DNA from: Candidatus Fervidifonticultor sextus
Lineage (GTDB): Bacteria; Sysuimicrobiota; Sysuimicrobiia; Sysuimicrobiales; Humicultoraceae
DNA length: 17,890 nucleotides
Direction of reading: 5' to 3'
NCBI GenBank assembly: GCA_031459875.1
Contig: JAVKHQ010000047.1
Span: 1 to 17,890 of the forward strand
This document shows positions 1 to 6,943 of the stretch, piece by piece; position 1 is the first letter of the stretch; each line of letters starts with the position of its first letter. The position numbers were made by a program, and so were the translations under genes. Below the pieces are notes generated by a model, which saw nothing but the letters and a program-made list of their open reading frames with translations, did not search any database and was not told the DNA's origin.

Positions 1-506
1 GGGAACGCCGGATCCCGGCCCGGCGCCTCGGGGCCGTCCGGGACGATTCCGGAGACTCGGTCGAGGTGCGCCGCCATCGCCCGCAAGCGCACGATCTCGC
101 CGTCGACGTCCTCGGTGCCGCCTGCCGCGGCCGGCAGCAGCCGCAGCTCGCGCAGGATCTTGCGGTGCTCGAGGTTGATGACCTGCGTGCGCGTGAGCCC
201 GGCGCGCGCGGCCCACTCCAGGCGGGCATGCCCGTCCTCCTGGCGGCGCAGCGATTCCTCGGCCATCTTCGCGCCGTACGCGTGCGCCTCGAGCCCGGCG
301 TGGTTGGCCCGCGACATGGAGTAGCTGTGCAGCGCCGCCGCCAGCGCGCCGAGGAAGGTCGTGACGACGATCAGCGCGATCAACGCCCGGCTGAACTCGT
401 CGCGCGCCGAAGCGTGGACCGCCGGCGGCGCGTGCGGCGAGTCCGGGGCTAGGTGCGGGATCTCCGGGACGGGCGGCGCGTGGCCGTGGTCGTCCAGTCC
501 GCTCAC
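1..506 (-). CDS. Hypothetical membrane protein, 3'-truncated by the window edge (not in the ORF track)
   Basis: Manual translation from GTG at 506 (GTGA overlap with the stop of the upstream gene) is open to the edge: MSGLDDHGHAPPVPEIPHL...DEFSRALIALIVVTTFLGALAAALHSYSMSRANHAGLEAHAYGAKMAEESLRRQEDG... It has one N-terminal TM helix followed by a helical soluble region, and GC3-rich codons. Confidence 0.8.
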   Translation of the reverse strand, partial: MSGLDDHGHAPPVPEIPHLAPDSPHAPPAVHASARDEFSRALIALIVVTTFLGALAAALHSYSMSRANHAGLEAHAYGAKMAEESLRRQEDGHARLEWAARAGLTRTQVINLEHRKILRELRLLPAAAGGTEDVDGEIVRLRAMAAHLDRVSGIVPDGPEAPGRDPAF

Positions 507-1285
507 GATCCGTGGTCCACGCCCTTGAGGAAAAGGTCGACGATCCACCCGGCCTCGACGAGCAGGCCCACCGCCAGGCCCATGACGCCGAAGCCGATGC
601 CCAGTCCCACCAGCGGGCCGCGCCAGGGCGCGCCGCCGACGGCGGCCATCGCCAGCGTGAGGAACACCAGCGAGAGCACCAGGATCGCGACGCACGCCTC
701 CATGAGCCAGGCGCGCTGGTGCGCCCGGTCGAGCAGCACCGCGGTCTCGGCGATGTCGGCGTCGATCTCGCGAAGCTCGCTGTCGGCCGCGAGCCGTCGC
801 TGGAGGATGGCGGCCTTGTCGTGATCGGGCAGGCCGCCCTCGGTGGCCACCGGCACGTCCAGCCGGAAGTAGGGGAACAACGCGCGCCGCAGCGCCCGCT
901 CTTCCTGCGCCTGGAGCGCCAGGGCCGCGGCCCGGTCCGGCTGGGCGGCCCGCAGCCGGTTCGCATCTCGCTGCAGGCCGTCGGCCCGGATGTCCAGGGC
1001 GGTATACAGCGCGGCGAGTCGGTGGTCGTGGTCCACGCGGCTCTGGATGTCCAGCGTCCGCCGCTGCCTGAGCATGAGGGCCTGGACGTGCCGGCGTTCG
1101 AGCAGGGTGGCGTCCTGGGCATCCCACGCGGCGCGCGCCGCGGCCAGCGCGCCGGCGATCGAGACGCAGGCAATGAGCACCGCGATGGTACCTTGAGCGT
1201 GCGGACCGGTAAGGGGCCAGGGTTCGGGCGCCTGCTGCCCGGATCGTTCGCTCTTTCCAGTGGGGACGGACCCTGAGTCGGTCAC
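503..1285 (-). CDS. Hypothetical membrane protein, 260 aa (N-terminal TM, helical loop, two C-terminal TMs; DUF4337-like layout)
   Basis: ORF 503..1348, with the start reassigned to GTG 1285 behind GAGGA. Hydrophobic segments are TIAVLIACVSIAGALAAA, ACVAILVLSLVFLTLAMAAV and LVGLGIGFGVMGLAVGLLV. The family resemblance is by topology only. Confidence 0.8.
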   Translation of the reverse strand: MTDSGSVPTGKSERSGQQAPEPWPLTGPHAQGTIAVLIACVSIAGALAAARAAWDAQDATLLERRHVQALMLRQRRTLDIQSRVDHDHRLAALYTALDIRADGLQRDANRLRAAQPDRAAALALQAQEERALRRALFPYFRLDVPVATEGGLPDHDKAAILQRRLAADSELREIDADIAETAVLLDRAHQRAWLMEACVAILVLSLVFLTLAMAAVGGAPWRGPLVGLGIGFGVMGLAVGLLVEAGWIVDLFLKGVDHGS

Positions 1286-1311
1286 AATGCGATCCTCACC
1301 GGCTCTGGCGC

Positions 1312-1341
1312 CTATTCTGCACGGTACGGCCAGTCTCCTTC
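1312..1341 (-). promoter_or_regulatory. Putative sigmaH-like promoter for the membrane-protein pair
   Basis: Minus strand reads GAAGGAGAC-N12-GCAGAATAG, ending 27 nt before GTG 1285. It resembles the Bacillus sigmaH consensus RNAGGAWWW-N11/12-RNNGAATWW. Confidence 0.5.
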
Positions 1342-1416
1342 GGGACAAGGGAGTGGCGTCCGCGGGCCAACGGCGGCCCCGACGACGCGGAACGCTGCCG
1401 GCCCGGCACGCGCCGC

Positions 1417-1691
1417 ATGGTGGCGACCAGCTTCGAGGACGCCATCCAGGTGTGCGACGGGTACTGCAGCCTCGTCGGCCGCTACCCGGTGCGCTGGGAG
1501 CTCAATGCCCTGCTCGCCTACTTCTCGATGCTGGAAGTGCGGCTCATGGATCTCGGCCTGGCGCCCCACGGCGAGGCCCTCGTAGCCAGGTCCTGCGCCT
1601 GCCGTCGCGGGGCCGCCCGCAGGTGGAGGAGGCACGCGCGCTCCTCGCTCGCTACCTCGGGTTCTACACTACGGCGCGTAGGTGCGATTGA
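1417..1691 (+). pseudogene. Small hypothetical protein (~91 aa) split by a 1-nt frameshift near 1585-1587 (pseudogene or sequencing error)
   Basis: The frame from ATG 1417 is coding-like to ...GAG GCC CTC GTA GCC. Coding-like codons then continue in the -1 frame (CAG GTC CTG CGC CTG...TAC CTC GGG TTC TAC) to TGA 1691. Confidence 0.55.
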
Positions 1692-2040
1692 CGACGATGG
1701 TGCCGAAGGGGGCAGAGGTGCTGCGGCGCTGGACCTCCCGGCCGTCTTCGAGGACCCGCACGATCAGTTCACCGTCTGCGGCGGCCTTCGTGAAGGTCGC
1801 CACGACCGCCACATGGGTCCTCACCACGAACTCCGCCGGCACGATCCCCCGCACCGACGTGCTCTGCTGCGGAGTGCCGTAGGCACCCTCGAAGGCCAGC
1901 CCCGGGGTACCCTCGACCGACAGGATGACGGTGCGCTCCCGGACCGCGCCCGGCCGGAACTCCGGCCGCGGCGCCAGGAACAGGCACCCCGAGGAGAAGG
2001 TGGCCGCTGCCAGCAGCAGTGGCCACCCCAGCGGTCTCAC
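1669..2040 (-). CDS. Putative lipoprotein, 123 aa, small beta-rich domain (loosely MmpS-like)
   Basis: Signal peptide MRPLGWPLLLAAATFSSG-C with a lipobox-like Cys and alternating beta-strand pattern. The GTG start overlaps the DinB stop (GTGA). Confidence 0.75.
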   Translation of the reverse strand: MRPLGWPLLLAAATFSSGCLFLAPRPEFRPGAVRERTVILSVEGTPGLAFEGAYGTPQQSTSVRGIVPAEFVVRTHVAVVATFTKAAADGELIVRVLEDGREVQRRSTSAPFGTIVVNRTYAP

Positions 2041-2567
2041 CGCGTCGGAGGGGGCTCCGCCTGGCGGTCGAACATCAGCGCCGAATAGTCCAGGTTCTGG
2101 GCCGCCACGCCCAGCTGCTTCAGCATGGACATCACCTGGGACCGGTGGTGGACCTCATGGAAGACCAACTGCGAGGCGATCCCGGCTTTTGTAGCCCGGA
2201 CCCGCACCGCCGGATTGGCGGGCCCCTGGGGGTACATGCGGGACTCGACCAGCGCGTCCCAGTCCGTGATCTGTCCCAGCAGGGCGCGGGTCTCGCCGGC
2301 CAGGGTCCTCCAGGCGCTCTCGACCTGCGCAAATACCGTCATCCGCTCGGTGGTGAACGGACTGTCCGCGAGCGCTACCGGCTGGCCGCGCAGCCGGTGG
2401 CCGTAGACCCACTCGGCACTCGCCGTGTGGACCAGCGTGGCGTGGATGGTCTTGAGGGCATACGGGAACTCGCGCTGGTACTGCTGGGGCGCGAGCGGCC
2501 GGACCCAGTCGAAGATCCGTTCTCGCGCCTTGACCAGATATTCATACATTGTCGCGAATGGCTGCAT
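2037..2567 (-). CDS. DinB/YfiT-family protein (metal-dependent, putative thiol S-transferase), 176 aa
   Basis: C-terminal part of ORF 2037..4169. ATG 2567 lies behind GGAGG. Motifs TIHATLVHTASAEWVY and FHEVHHRSQVMSMLKQLG give the DinB His triad. Confidence 0.9.
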   Translation of the reverse strand: MQPFATMYEYLVKARERIFDWVRPLAPQQYQREFPYALKTIHATLVHTASAEWVYGHRLRGQPVALADSPFTTERMTVFAQVESAWRTLAGETRALLGQITDWDALVESRMYPQGPANPAVRVRATKAGIASQLVFHEVHHRSQVMSMLKQLGVAAQNLDYSALMFDRQAEPPPTR

Positions 2568-2708
2568 GGACGGCGACCTCCGGAATGGAATAGACATGAG
2601 GTTCTGGGCAGGGGGGCGCCGGCCCTGCCGGATCGCGGGGCGGGGAACCTGCGGTTTAGGGGCGAAGATACCCCAGGACGTGCGGACGGTGGAGGCGGGA
2701 GGTTCTCG

Positions 2709-3854
2709 ATGGCGATACCCCAGTGTGTGGTCCTCGGTGGCGGATTCGGCGGTGTGGCGGCTGCCCACCGGCTGCGGGAACGGCTCGGCAAGAACGCGGA
2801 GATCAGCCTGGTGGATCGCCGCGGCACGTTCATGATGGGGCTCCGGATTCTCTGGACCGTGGCCGGTCAGGCCACACGGGCCGAGGGAACGCGGCCTCTC
2901 GACCGGCTCTCGCGCAAAGGGATCAGGGTGGTCCGCGACGAGGCCGTGCTGATCGACGTGGAGTCGAAGACGGTCTTCACCCGCGGCGGGGGACGCCTGC
3001 GCTACGATGCGCTGGTCATCGCCCTGGGAGCGGAGGTGCGGCCCGACCTGGTTCCCGGTTACGATCCGGTGGCCTCCAACCTGTATGATCCCGACCAGGC
3101 CGAGGCCATCGCCGCGCGCGTGGCGTCCTTCGACCGGGGTCGGCTGGGGATCGGCATCCTGGGCGTGCCCTACAAGTGCCCGCCGGCGCCCTACGAGTGC
3201 GCGTTCCTGATTGACGACGTCCTGCGGCGCCGGGGCGTGCGCGACCGGGTCGAGATGGAAGCCTTCACGCCGCAGCCGTCCTCGCTGCCGGTGGCGGGGA
3301 CGGCTGCCTGCGCGGAGGTGGAGGGCCGGCTGGCCGCGCGGGGCATCCGGTTCCTGCCCAACCGCAAGGTGACGGCCGTCGGAGGGCGCGAGGTCGTGTT
3401 CGAAGAGGATCAGCGCGTCTACGACCTGCTCATTGCGGTGCCGCCGCACCGCGCGCCCGGTGTGGTGAAGCAGGCCGGGCTGACCACGGGAGAATGGATT
3501 CGGCCGGACCCCCGCACGTGCGCCACGGCCGTCCCCGGGGTCTTTGCGGTCGGCGATGTCACCGAGATGCCGCTGGCCAACGGCATGATGCTGCCGAAGG
3601 CCGGGGTATTCGCCGAAGCCCAGGGCCGCGCGGCCGGCGATCAGATCGCGAGGCTGTTCGGCGCCGCCGAGCAGGCCGCGGAGTTCGACGGGGTCGGCTA
3701 CTGCTATGTGGAGACCGGCGAGGGTGCGGCCGCGGCGATCCGCGGCCAGTTCTATGCGACGCCAGAACCCGTGGTCGAGGTGGCGGAGCCCAGCCCCCAG
3801 ACGCTGGCCGAGAAGCGGAAATTCGAGGCCGAACGCCTGGCCGCATGGTTCTAG
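2709..3854 (+). CDS. FAD-dependent oxidoreductase, sulfide:quinone oxidoreductase-like (short, type III-like), 381 aa
   Basis: ATG 2709 behind GGAGG. Rossmann motif VVLGGGFGG, YDALVIALG, YKCPPAPYE, VFAVGD, LPKAGVFAEAQG and FDGVGYCYVETG (two-Cys pair typical of SQR-like enzymes). Confidence 0.85.
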   Translation: MAIPQCVVLGGGFGGVAAAHRLRERLGKNAEISLVDRRGTFMMGLRILWTVAGQATRAEGTRPLDRLSRKGIRVVRDEAVLIDVESKTVFTRGGGRLRYDALVIALGAEVRPDLVPGYDPVASNLYDPDQAEAIAARVASFDRGRLGIGILGVPYKCPPAPYECAFLIDDVLRRRGVRDRVEMEAFTPQPSSLPVAGTAACAEVEGRLAARGIRFLPNRKVTAVGGREVVFEEDQRVYDLLIAVPPHRAPGVVKQAGLTTGEWIRPDPRTCATAVPGVFAVGDVTEMPLANGMMLPKAGVFAEAQGRAAGDQIARLFGAAEQAAEFDGVGYCYVETGEGAAAAIRGQFYATPEPVVEVAEPSPQTLAEKRKFEAERLAAWF

Positions 3855-3875
3855 ACTGCGGGTGACGGTCTGGTC

Positions 3876-4775
3876 GTGACCCCGGCCTCGCGGCGGCGCG
3901 TGGACGCCGCCATGCTCCTGCTGGTCCTGCTGTGGGGCGTGAACTTTCCTGTCATCAAGGTGGCGTTTGCGGAGATCCCCCCGTTTGGCTTCAACGGGCT
4001 GCGCTTTGCCATCGCGGCGGTGTGTCTGCTCGCGATCCTGCGCCGCCTGGAGCGCGCCTGGTGGGTGGATCGGGGACACCTCCGGGGGATGGCGCTGCTG
4101 GGCCTGCTGGGGCACGTGGGCTACCAGACCTTCTTCATCGCCGGCCTGGCCCGCACGACCGCGGGACACTCGGCGCTGATCCTTTCCATGGTGCCGCTCT
4201 TCGTGGGCGCGCTCGGGGCGGCGCTGGGGATCGAGCGTCCCTCGTCGCGCATGTGGGTGGGGTTGGCCCTGGCGTTTGCGGGCGTCTTCATCCTCATCAG
4301 AGGCCGGGGGGCCCTGGTCCTGGGTCAGTCGACCGCCGTCGGCGACCTGCTGACGCTGGGCGCGTCGGTGTGCTGGGCGGCGTACACGGTACTCTCACGA
4401 CCGTTCCTGACCAGGCTCTCGCCCCTGCGGCTCACGACGGTCACCCTGGTACTGGCCCTGCCGGTCCTCCTGGCCCTGGCCCTCCCGGGGTTGTCGCGGC
4501 TGCGCTGGACCGACGTGACCCCGAAGGCCTGGGCGGCCCTGGCCTTCTCGTCCATCTTCGCCATCGTGATCAGCTACGTGATCTGGTACACGTCGGTGCA
4601 GACCCTGGGCAGCGCGCGCACCGCCGCGTTCTCCAATCTGATCCCCGTCGTCGCCCTCCTGGCCGCGAGCGTGCTGCTCGGCGAGCCGCTGGGACCGGCG
4701 CAGATCCTCGGCGCCGCCGTGGTGCTGGCGGGCGTGTGGCTGGCCCGCTCCGGTCGGCGGGCCGTGCAGGTCTAG
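3876..4775 (+). CDS. DMT superfamily EamA-type transporter, 299 aa
   Basis: About 10 TM helices in two repeats. Motifs LLWGVNFPVIK, GLRFAIA, ALGIERPS, CWAAYTV, NLIPVVA and LLGEPL. Confidence 0.92.
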   Translation: MTPASRRRVDAAMLLLVLLWGVNFPVIKVAFAEIPPFGFNGLRFAIAAVCLLAILRRLERAWWVDRGHLRGMALLGLLGHVGYQTFFIAGLARTTAGHSALILSMVPLFVGALGAALGIERPSSRMWVGLALAFAGVFILIRGRGALVLGQSTAVGDLLTLGASVCWAAYTVLSRPFLTRLSPLRLTTVTLVLALPVLLALALPGLSRLRWTDVTPKAWAALAFSSIFAIVISYVIWYTSVQTLGSARTAAFSNLIPVVALLAASVLLGEPLGPAQILGAAVVLAGVWLARSGRRAVQV

Positions 4776-4858
4776 GCCGCGTTCGACACGGGCATAACCT
4801 GACGAGCCGATCCAACCTGGCTTCCGCACCATCACGCCCCGGTGCCGGAGGGTCCTCC

Positions 4859-5938
4859 ATGATGATGGAGTCCTACCTCAGAATGATGGTCGAGCGGCGG
4901 GCATCCGATCTGCACCTCAAGGCCGGCACCCGGCCGATGCTGCGCATCGACGGGACCCTGGTCCCCGCTCGGGACGAGCGCCTGTCCGACGAGCGCGTCC
5001 GCGCGTTGGTGGCGGAGATCCTCACGCCCGAGCAGCTCGACCGGTTCCATCGGGAGCTGGAACTCGACCTGGCCCACAGCGTGCCCGGCCTGTCGCGCTT
5101 CCGCATCAACGTGTACCAGCAGCGTGGCGGCATCGGCGCGGCGATCCGGACGATCCCGGCGGCGGTCCCGACCATCGAGGACCTGGGCCTGCCCAGGGTG
5201 GTCACGCGCCTGGCCTCCCTCCCCCGGGGACTGGTCCTGGTCACGGGGCCCACCGGCAGCGGGAAATCCACCACCCTGGCCGCGATCGTCAACCACATCA
5301 ATCACACCCGCGCCTGTCACGTGGTGACCATCGAGGACCCCATCGAGTACCTGCACCACGACCACCTGTCCATCGTCACGCAGCGCGAGGTCGGGGGCGA
5401 CACCCACTCGTTTGCCGATGCGCTGCGCCACGTGCTGCGGCAGGACCCGGACGTCATCCTCATTGGCGAGATGCGAGACCATGAGACCATCGCCACGGCC
5501 ATCACCGCCGCCGAGACCGGCCACCTGGTGCTGGCCACCCTGCACACCGTCAATGCGGCGCAGACGGTGGACCGGATCATCGACGCCTTCCCGCCCCACC
5601 AGCAGCCCCAGATCCGAATGCAGCTCTCGGTGGCGCTGGAGGGCGTGCTCTCCCAGACGCTCCTCCCCCGCCGGGACGGCCGGGGGCGCACGGCCGCCGT
5701 GGAGGTCATGGTGGGCACCCCCGCGGTCCGCAACCTGATCCGCGAGTCGAAGACGCACCAGATTTCGTCCCTCATGCAGGGCGGGGCGAAGGACGGGATG
5801 CAGACCCTCAACCAGGCGCTGCGGAGGCTGGTGAAGGAGCACATCGTCGAGTTCGAGGTGGCGCTGGCCCACACCAGTTACCCGCAGGAACTGGCCCAGT
5901 TGTGCGGCCGCGAGGCGGGTGCGGCGGCCTCCGCCTAG
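4859..5938 (+). CDS. pilT: Type IV pilus retraction ATPase PilT, 359 aa
   Basis: ATG 4859 behind GGAGG. ASDLHL, Walker A GPTGSGKST, Asp box TIEDPIE, Walker B LRQDPDVILIGEMRD, His box TGHLVLATLH, and AVRNLIRE (PilT AIRNLIRE signature). Confidence 0.93.
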   Translation: MMMESYLRMMVERRASDLHLKAGTRPMLRIDGTLVPARDERLSDERVRALVAEILTPEQLDRFHRELELDLAHSVPGLSRFRINVYQQRGGIGAAIRTIPAAVPTIEDLGLPRVVTRLASLPRGLVLVTGPTGSGKSTTLAAIVNHINHTRACHVVTIEDPIEYLHHDHLSIVTQREVGGDTHSFADALRHVLRQDPDVILIGEMRDHETIATAITAAETGHLVLATLHTVNAAQTVDRIIDAFPPHQQPQIRMQLSVALEGVLSQTLLPRRDGRGRTAAVEVMVGTPAVRNLIRESKTHQISSLMQGGAKDGMQTLNQALRRLVKEHIVEFEVALAHTSYPQELAQLCGREAGAAASA

Positions 5939-5966
5939 GCGTGCAGACGGGGGCGGGGGCCAGGTG

Positions 5967-5994
5967 TTGACGGACCCTGCGATCCTGGTACAAT
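5967..5994 (+). promoter_or_regulatory. sigma70/sigmaA promoter for rpoZ
   Basis: TTGACG (5967-5972)-N16-TACAAT (5989-5994) with an extended -10 TG, 28 nt before the rpoZ start. Confidence 0.7.
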
Positions 5995-6022
5995 ACCCGC
6001 GTGCCGGAAGAGGTGACGTGGC

Positions 6023-6229
6023 GTGATCAAACCATCGCTGGAAGAACTGCTCGAACGCGTACCCAGCAAGTACGCCCTGGTCATGGCGGCGGCCAAGCGC
6101 GCCCGCCAGTTGAAGGAAGGGGTGCTGCCCCTGGTGGACGTCGACTCGGCCAACACCGTCACCATCGCGCTGGAGGAGATTGCCACCGGCCGGGTCCGCA
6201 TCGAAGAACCCACGCCGACCGGCCGGTAG
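6023..6229 (+). CDS. rpoZ: DNA-directed RNA polymerase subunit omega, 68 aa
   Basis: MIKPSLEELLERVPSKYALVMAAAKRARQL...VTIALEEIATGRV is the classic omega pattern. GAGGT SD upstream. Confidence 0.96.
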   Translation: MIKPSLEELLERVPSKYALVMAAAKRARQLKEGVLPLVDVDSANTVTIALEEIATGRVRIEEPTPTGR

Positions 6230-6314
6230 GCCGACCCCGCCCGCGCCGGTGGTGGCAGAACCCCGGCGCGCGCCGGTGCGTATACCGAGGCGAGACCGGG
6301 CCGGAGGCTCGCCG

Positions 6315-6779
6315 ATGCCCCTGGGAGTCATCGCGATCGCCGTCCTTGCGGCCCTCGCCGCCAGCCCTCTGGCGCCGCGGGCGGAGCGCCGCGTGGGCGA
6401 CCTCAGGTTGGAACTGAGCACCGACCGCGCGGTCTACCGCGCCGGGGACACGGTCGCCATCACGCTGCAGGTCACCAGCCTCGCGCAGAGACCGGCCTCC
6501 ATGATGGTCGGCGGCCAGGAGTTCGACGTGACCGTCCGGCAACGGGGCGCGCTGGTCTGGCAGTGGTCCCACGACAAGGCCTACGTCCAGGTCGTCCGGG
6601 AACTTCCGCTGGCCCCGGGACAGGTCCTGACCTACCGCGCCACCTGGGACCAGCGCGACCTGCAGGGCCGTCGCGTCGAGCCCGGCACCTACGAGATCTT
6701 CTGTACCTTCTTCGGCGCCTTGCGGCCGGGAGGGCCGGCCGGCGAGGTCGGTCCGGTCCGCATTATCATTGGCCGCTAG
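6315..6779 (+). CDS. Secreted protein with a BsuPI (intracellular proteinase inhibitor-like) Ig-like domain, 154 aa
   Basis: ATG 6315 behind GGAGG, then a signal peptide. Pattern STDRAVYRAGDTV...GQEFDVTV...VWQWSHDKAYVQV...LAPGQ...WDQ...PGTY matches BsuPI-type domains. Confidence 0.8.
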   Translation: MPLGVIAIAVLAALAASPLAPRAERRVGDLRLELSTDRAVYRAGDTVAITLQVTSLAQRPASMMVGGQEFDVTVRQRGALVWQWSHDKAYVQVVRELPLAPGQVLTYRATWDQRDLQGRRVEPGTYEIFCTFFGALRPGGPAGEVGPVRIIIGR

Positions 6780-6797
6780 TGCGCCGGCTGATATAAT
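6769..6797 (+). promoter_or_regulatory. sigma70/sigmaA promoter for tRNA-Met (and possibly tilS)
   Basis: TTGGCC (6769-6774)-N17-TATAAT (6792-6797) with an extended -10 TG, 12 nt before the tRNA. Confidence 0.75.
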
Positions 6798-6809
6798 GGG
6801 TGGGAGCGT

Positions 6810-6886
6810 GGCGGCGTAGCTCAGCTGGTCAGAGCACGCGGCTCATACCCGCGGAGTCGGGAGTTCGAGTCTCCCCGCCGCCACCA
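6810..6886 (+). tRNA. tRNA-Met (CAU), elongator type
   Basis: Cloverleaf: acceptor GGCGGCG/CGCCGCC, D arm GCTC/GAGC, anticodon stem CGCGG/CCGCG with loop CTCATAC (CAT 6844-6846), T arm GGGAG-TTCGAGT-CTCCC, encoded ACCA. The paired G1-C72 and absence of a GGG/CCC anticodon stem argue against the initiator. Confidence 0.97.
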
Positions 6887-6897
6887 CGAGGTAGAGC

Positions 6898-6926
6898 CGG
6901 CGGTCGCCAGGGGCCGCCGTGCTTTG
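6898..6926 (+). terminator. Possible weak intrinsic terminator or processing stem after the tRNA
   Basis: Stem CGGCGGTC/GGCCGCCG (6898-6905/6912-6919, one G-U pair) followed by TGCTTTG. The U-tract is poor. Confidence 0.35.
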
Positions 6927-6943
6927 CTCTCACGGGATTCCGC

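Noticed and set aside
1417..2088. 223-aa ORF taken as one intact gene
   Set aside because: After ~1587 it loses coding character and then runs antisense through the lipoprotein gene. A frameshifted short gene explains it better.
2019..2708. N-terminal extension of the 611-aa flavoprotein ORF
   Set aside because: It overlaps DinB on the opposite strand. The Rossmann motif begins right after ATG 2709, which has an SD.
2568..4169. Apparent 710-aa protein ending in a DinB domain
   Set aside because: The upstream part is antisense to the SQR-like and EamA genes. The real start is ATG 2567 with a GGAGG SD.
3932..4858. N-terminal extension making PilT 668 aa
   Set aside because: Out-of-frame overlap with EamA, low-complexity Arg/Gly/Pro sequence, and an SD before ATG 4859.
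6810..6886. tRNA as an integration site for a prophage or island
   Set aside because: I saw no duplicated tRNA 3' end and no integrase, and the flanking genes are housekeeping.
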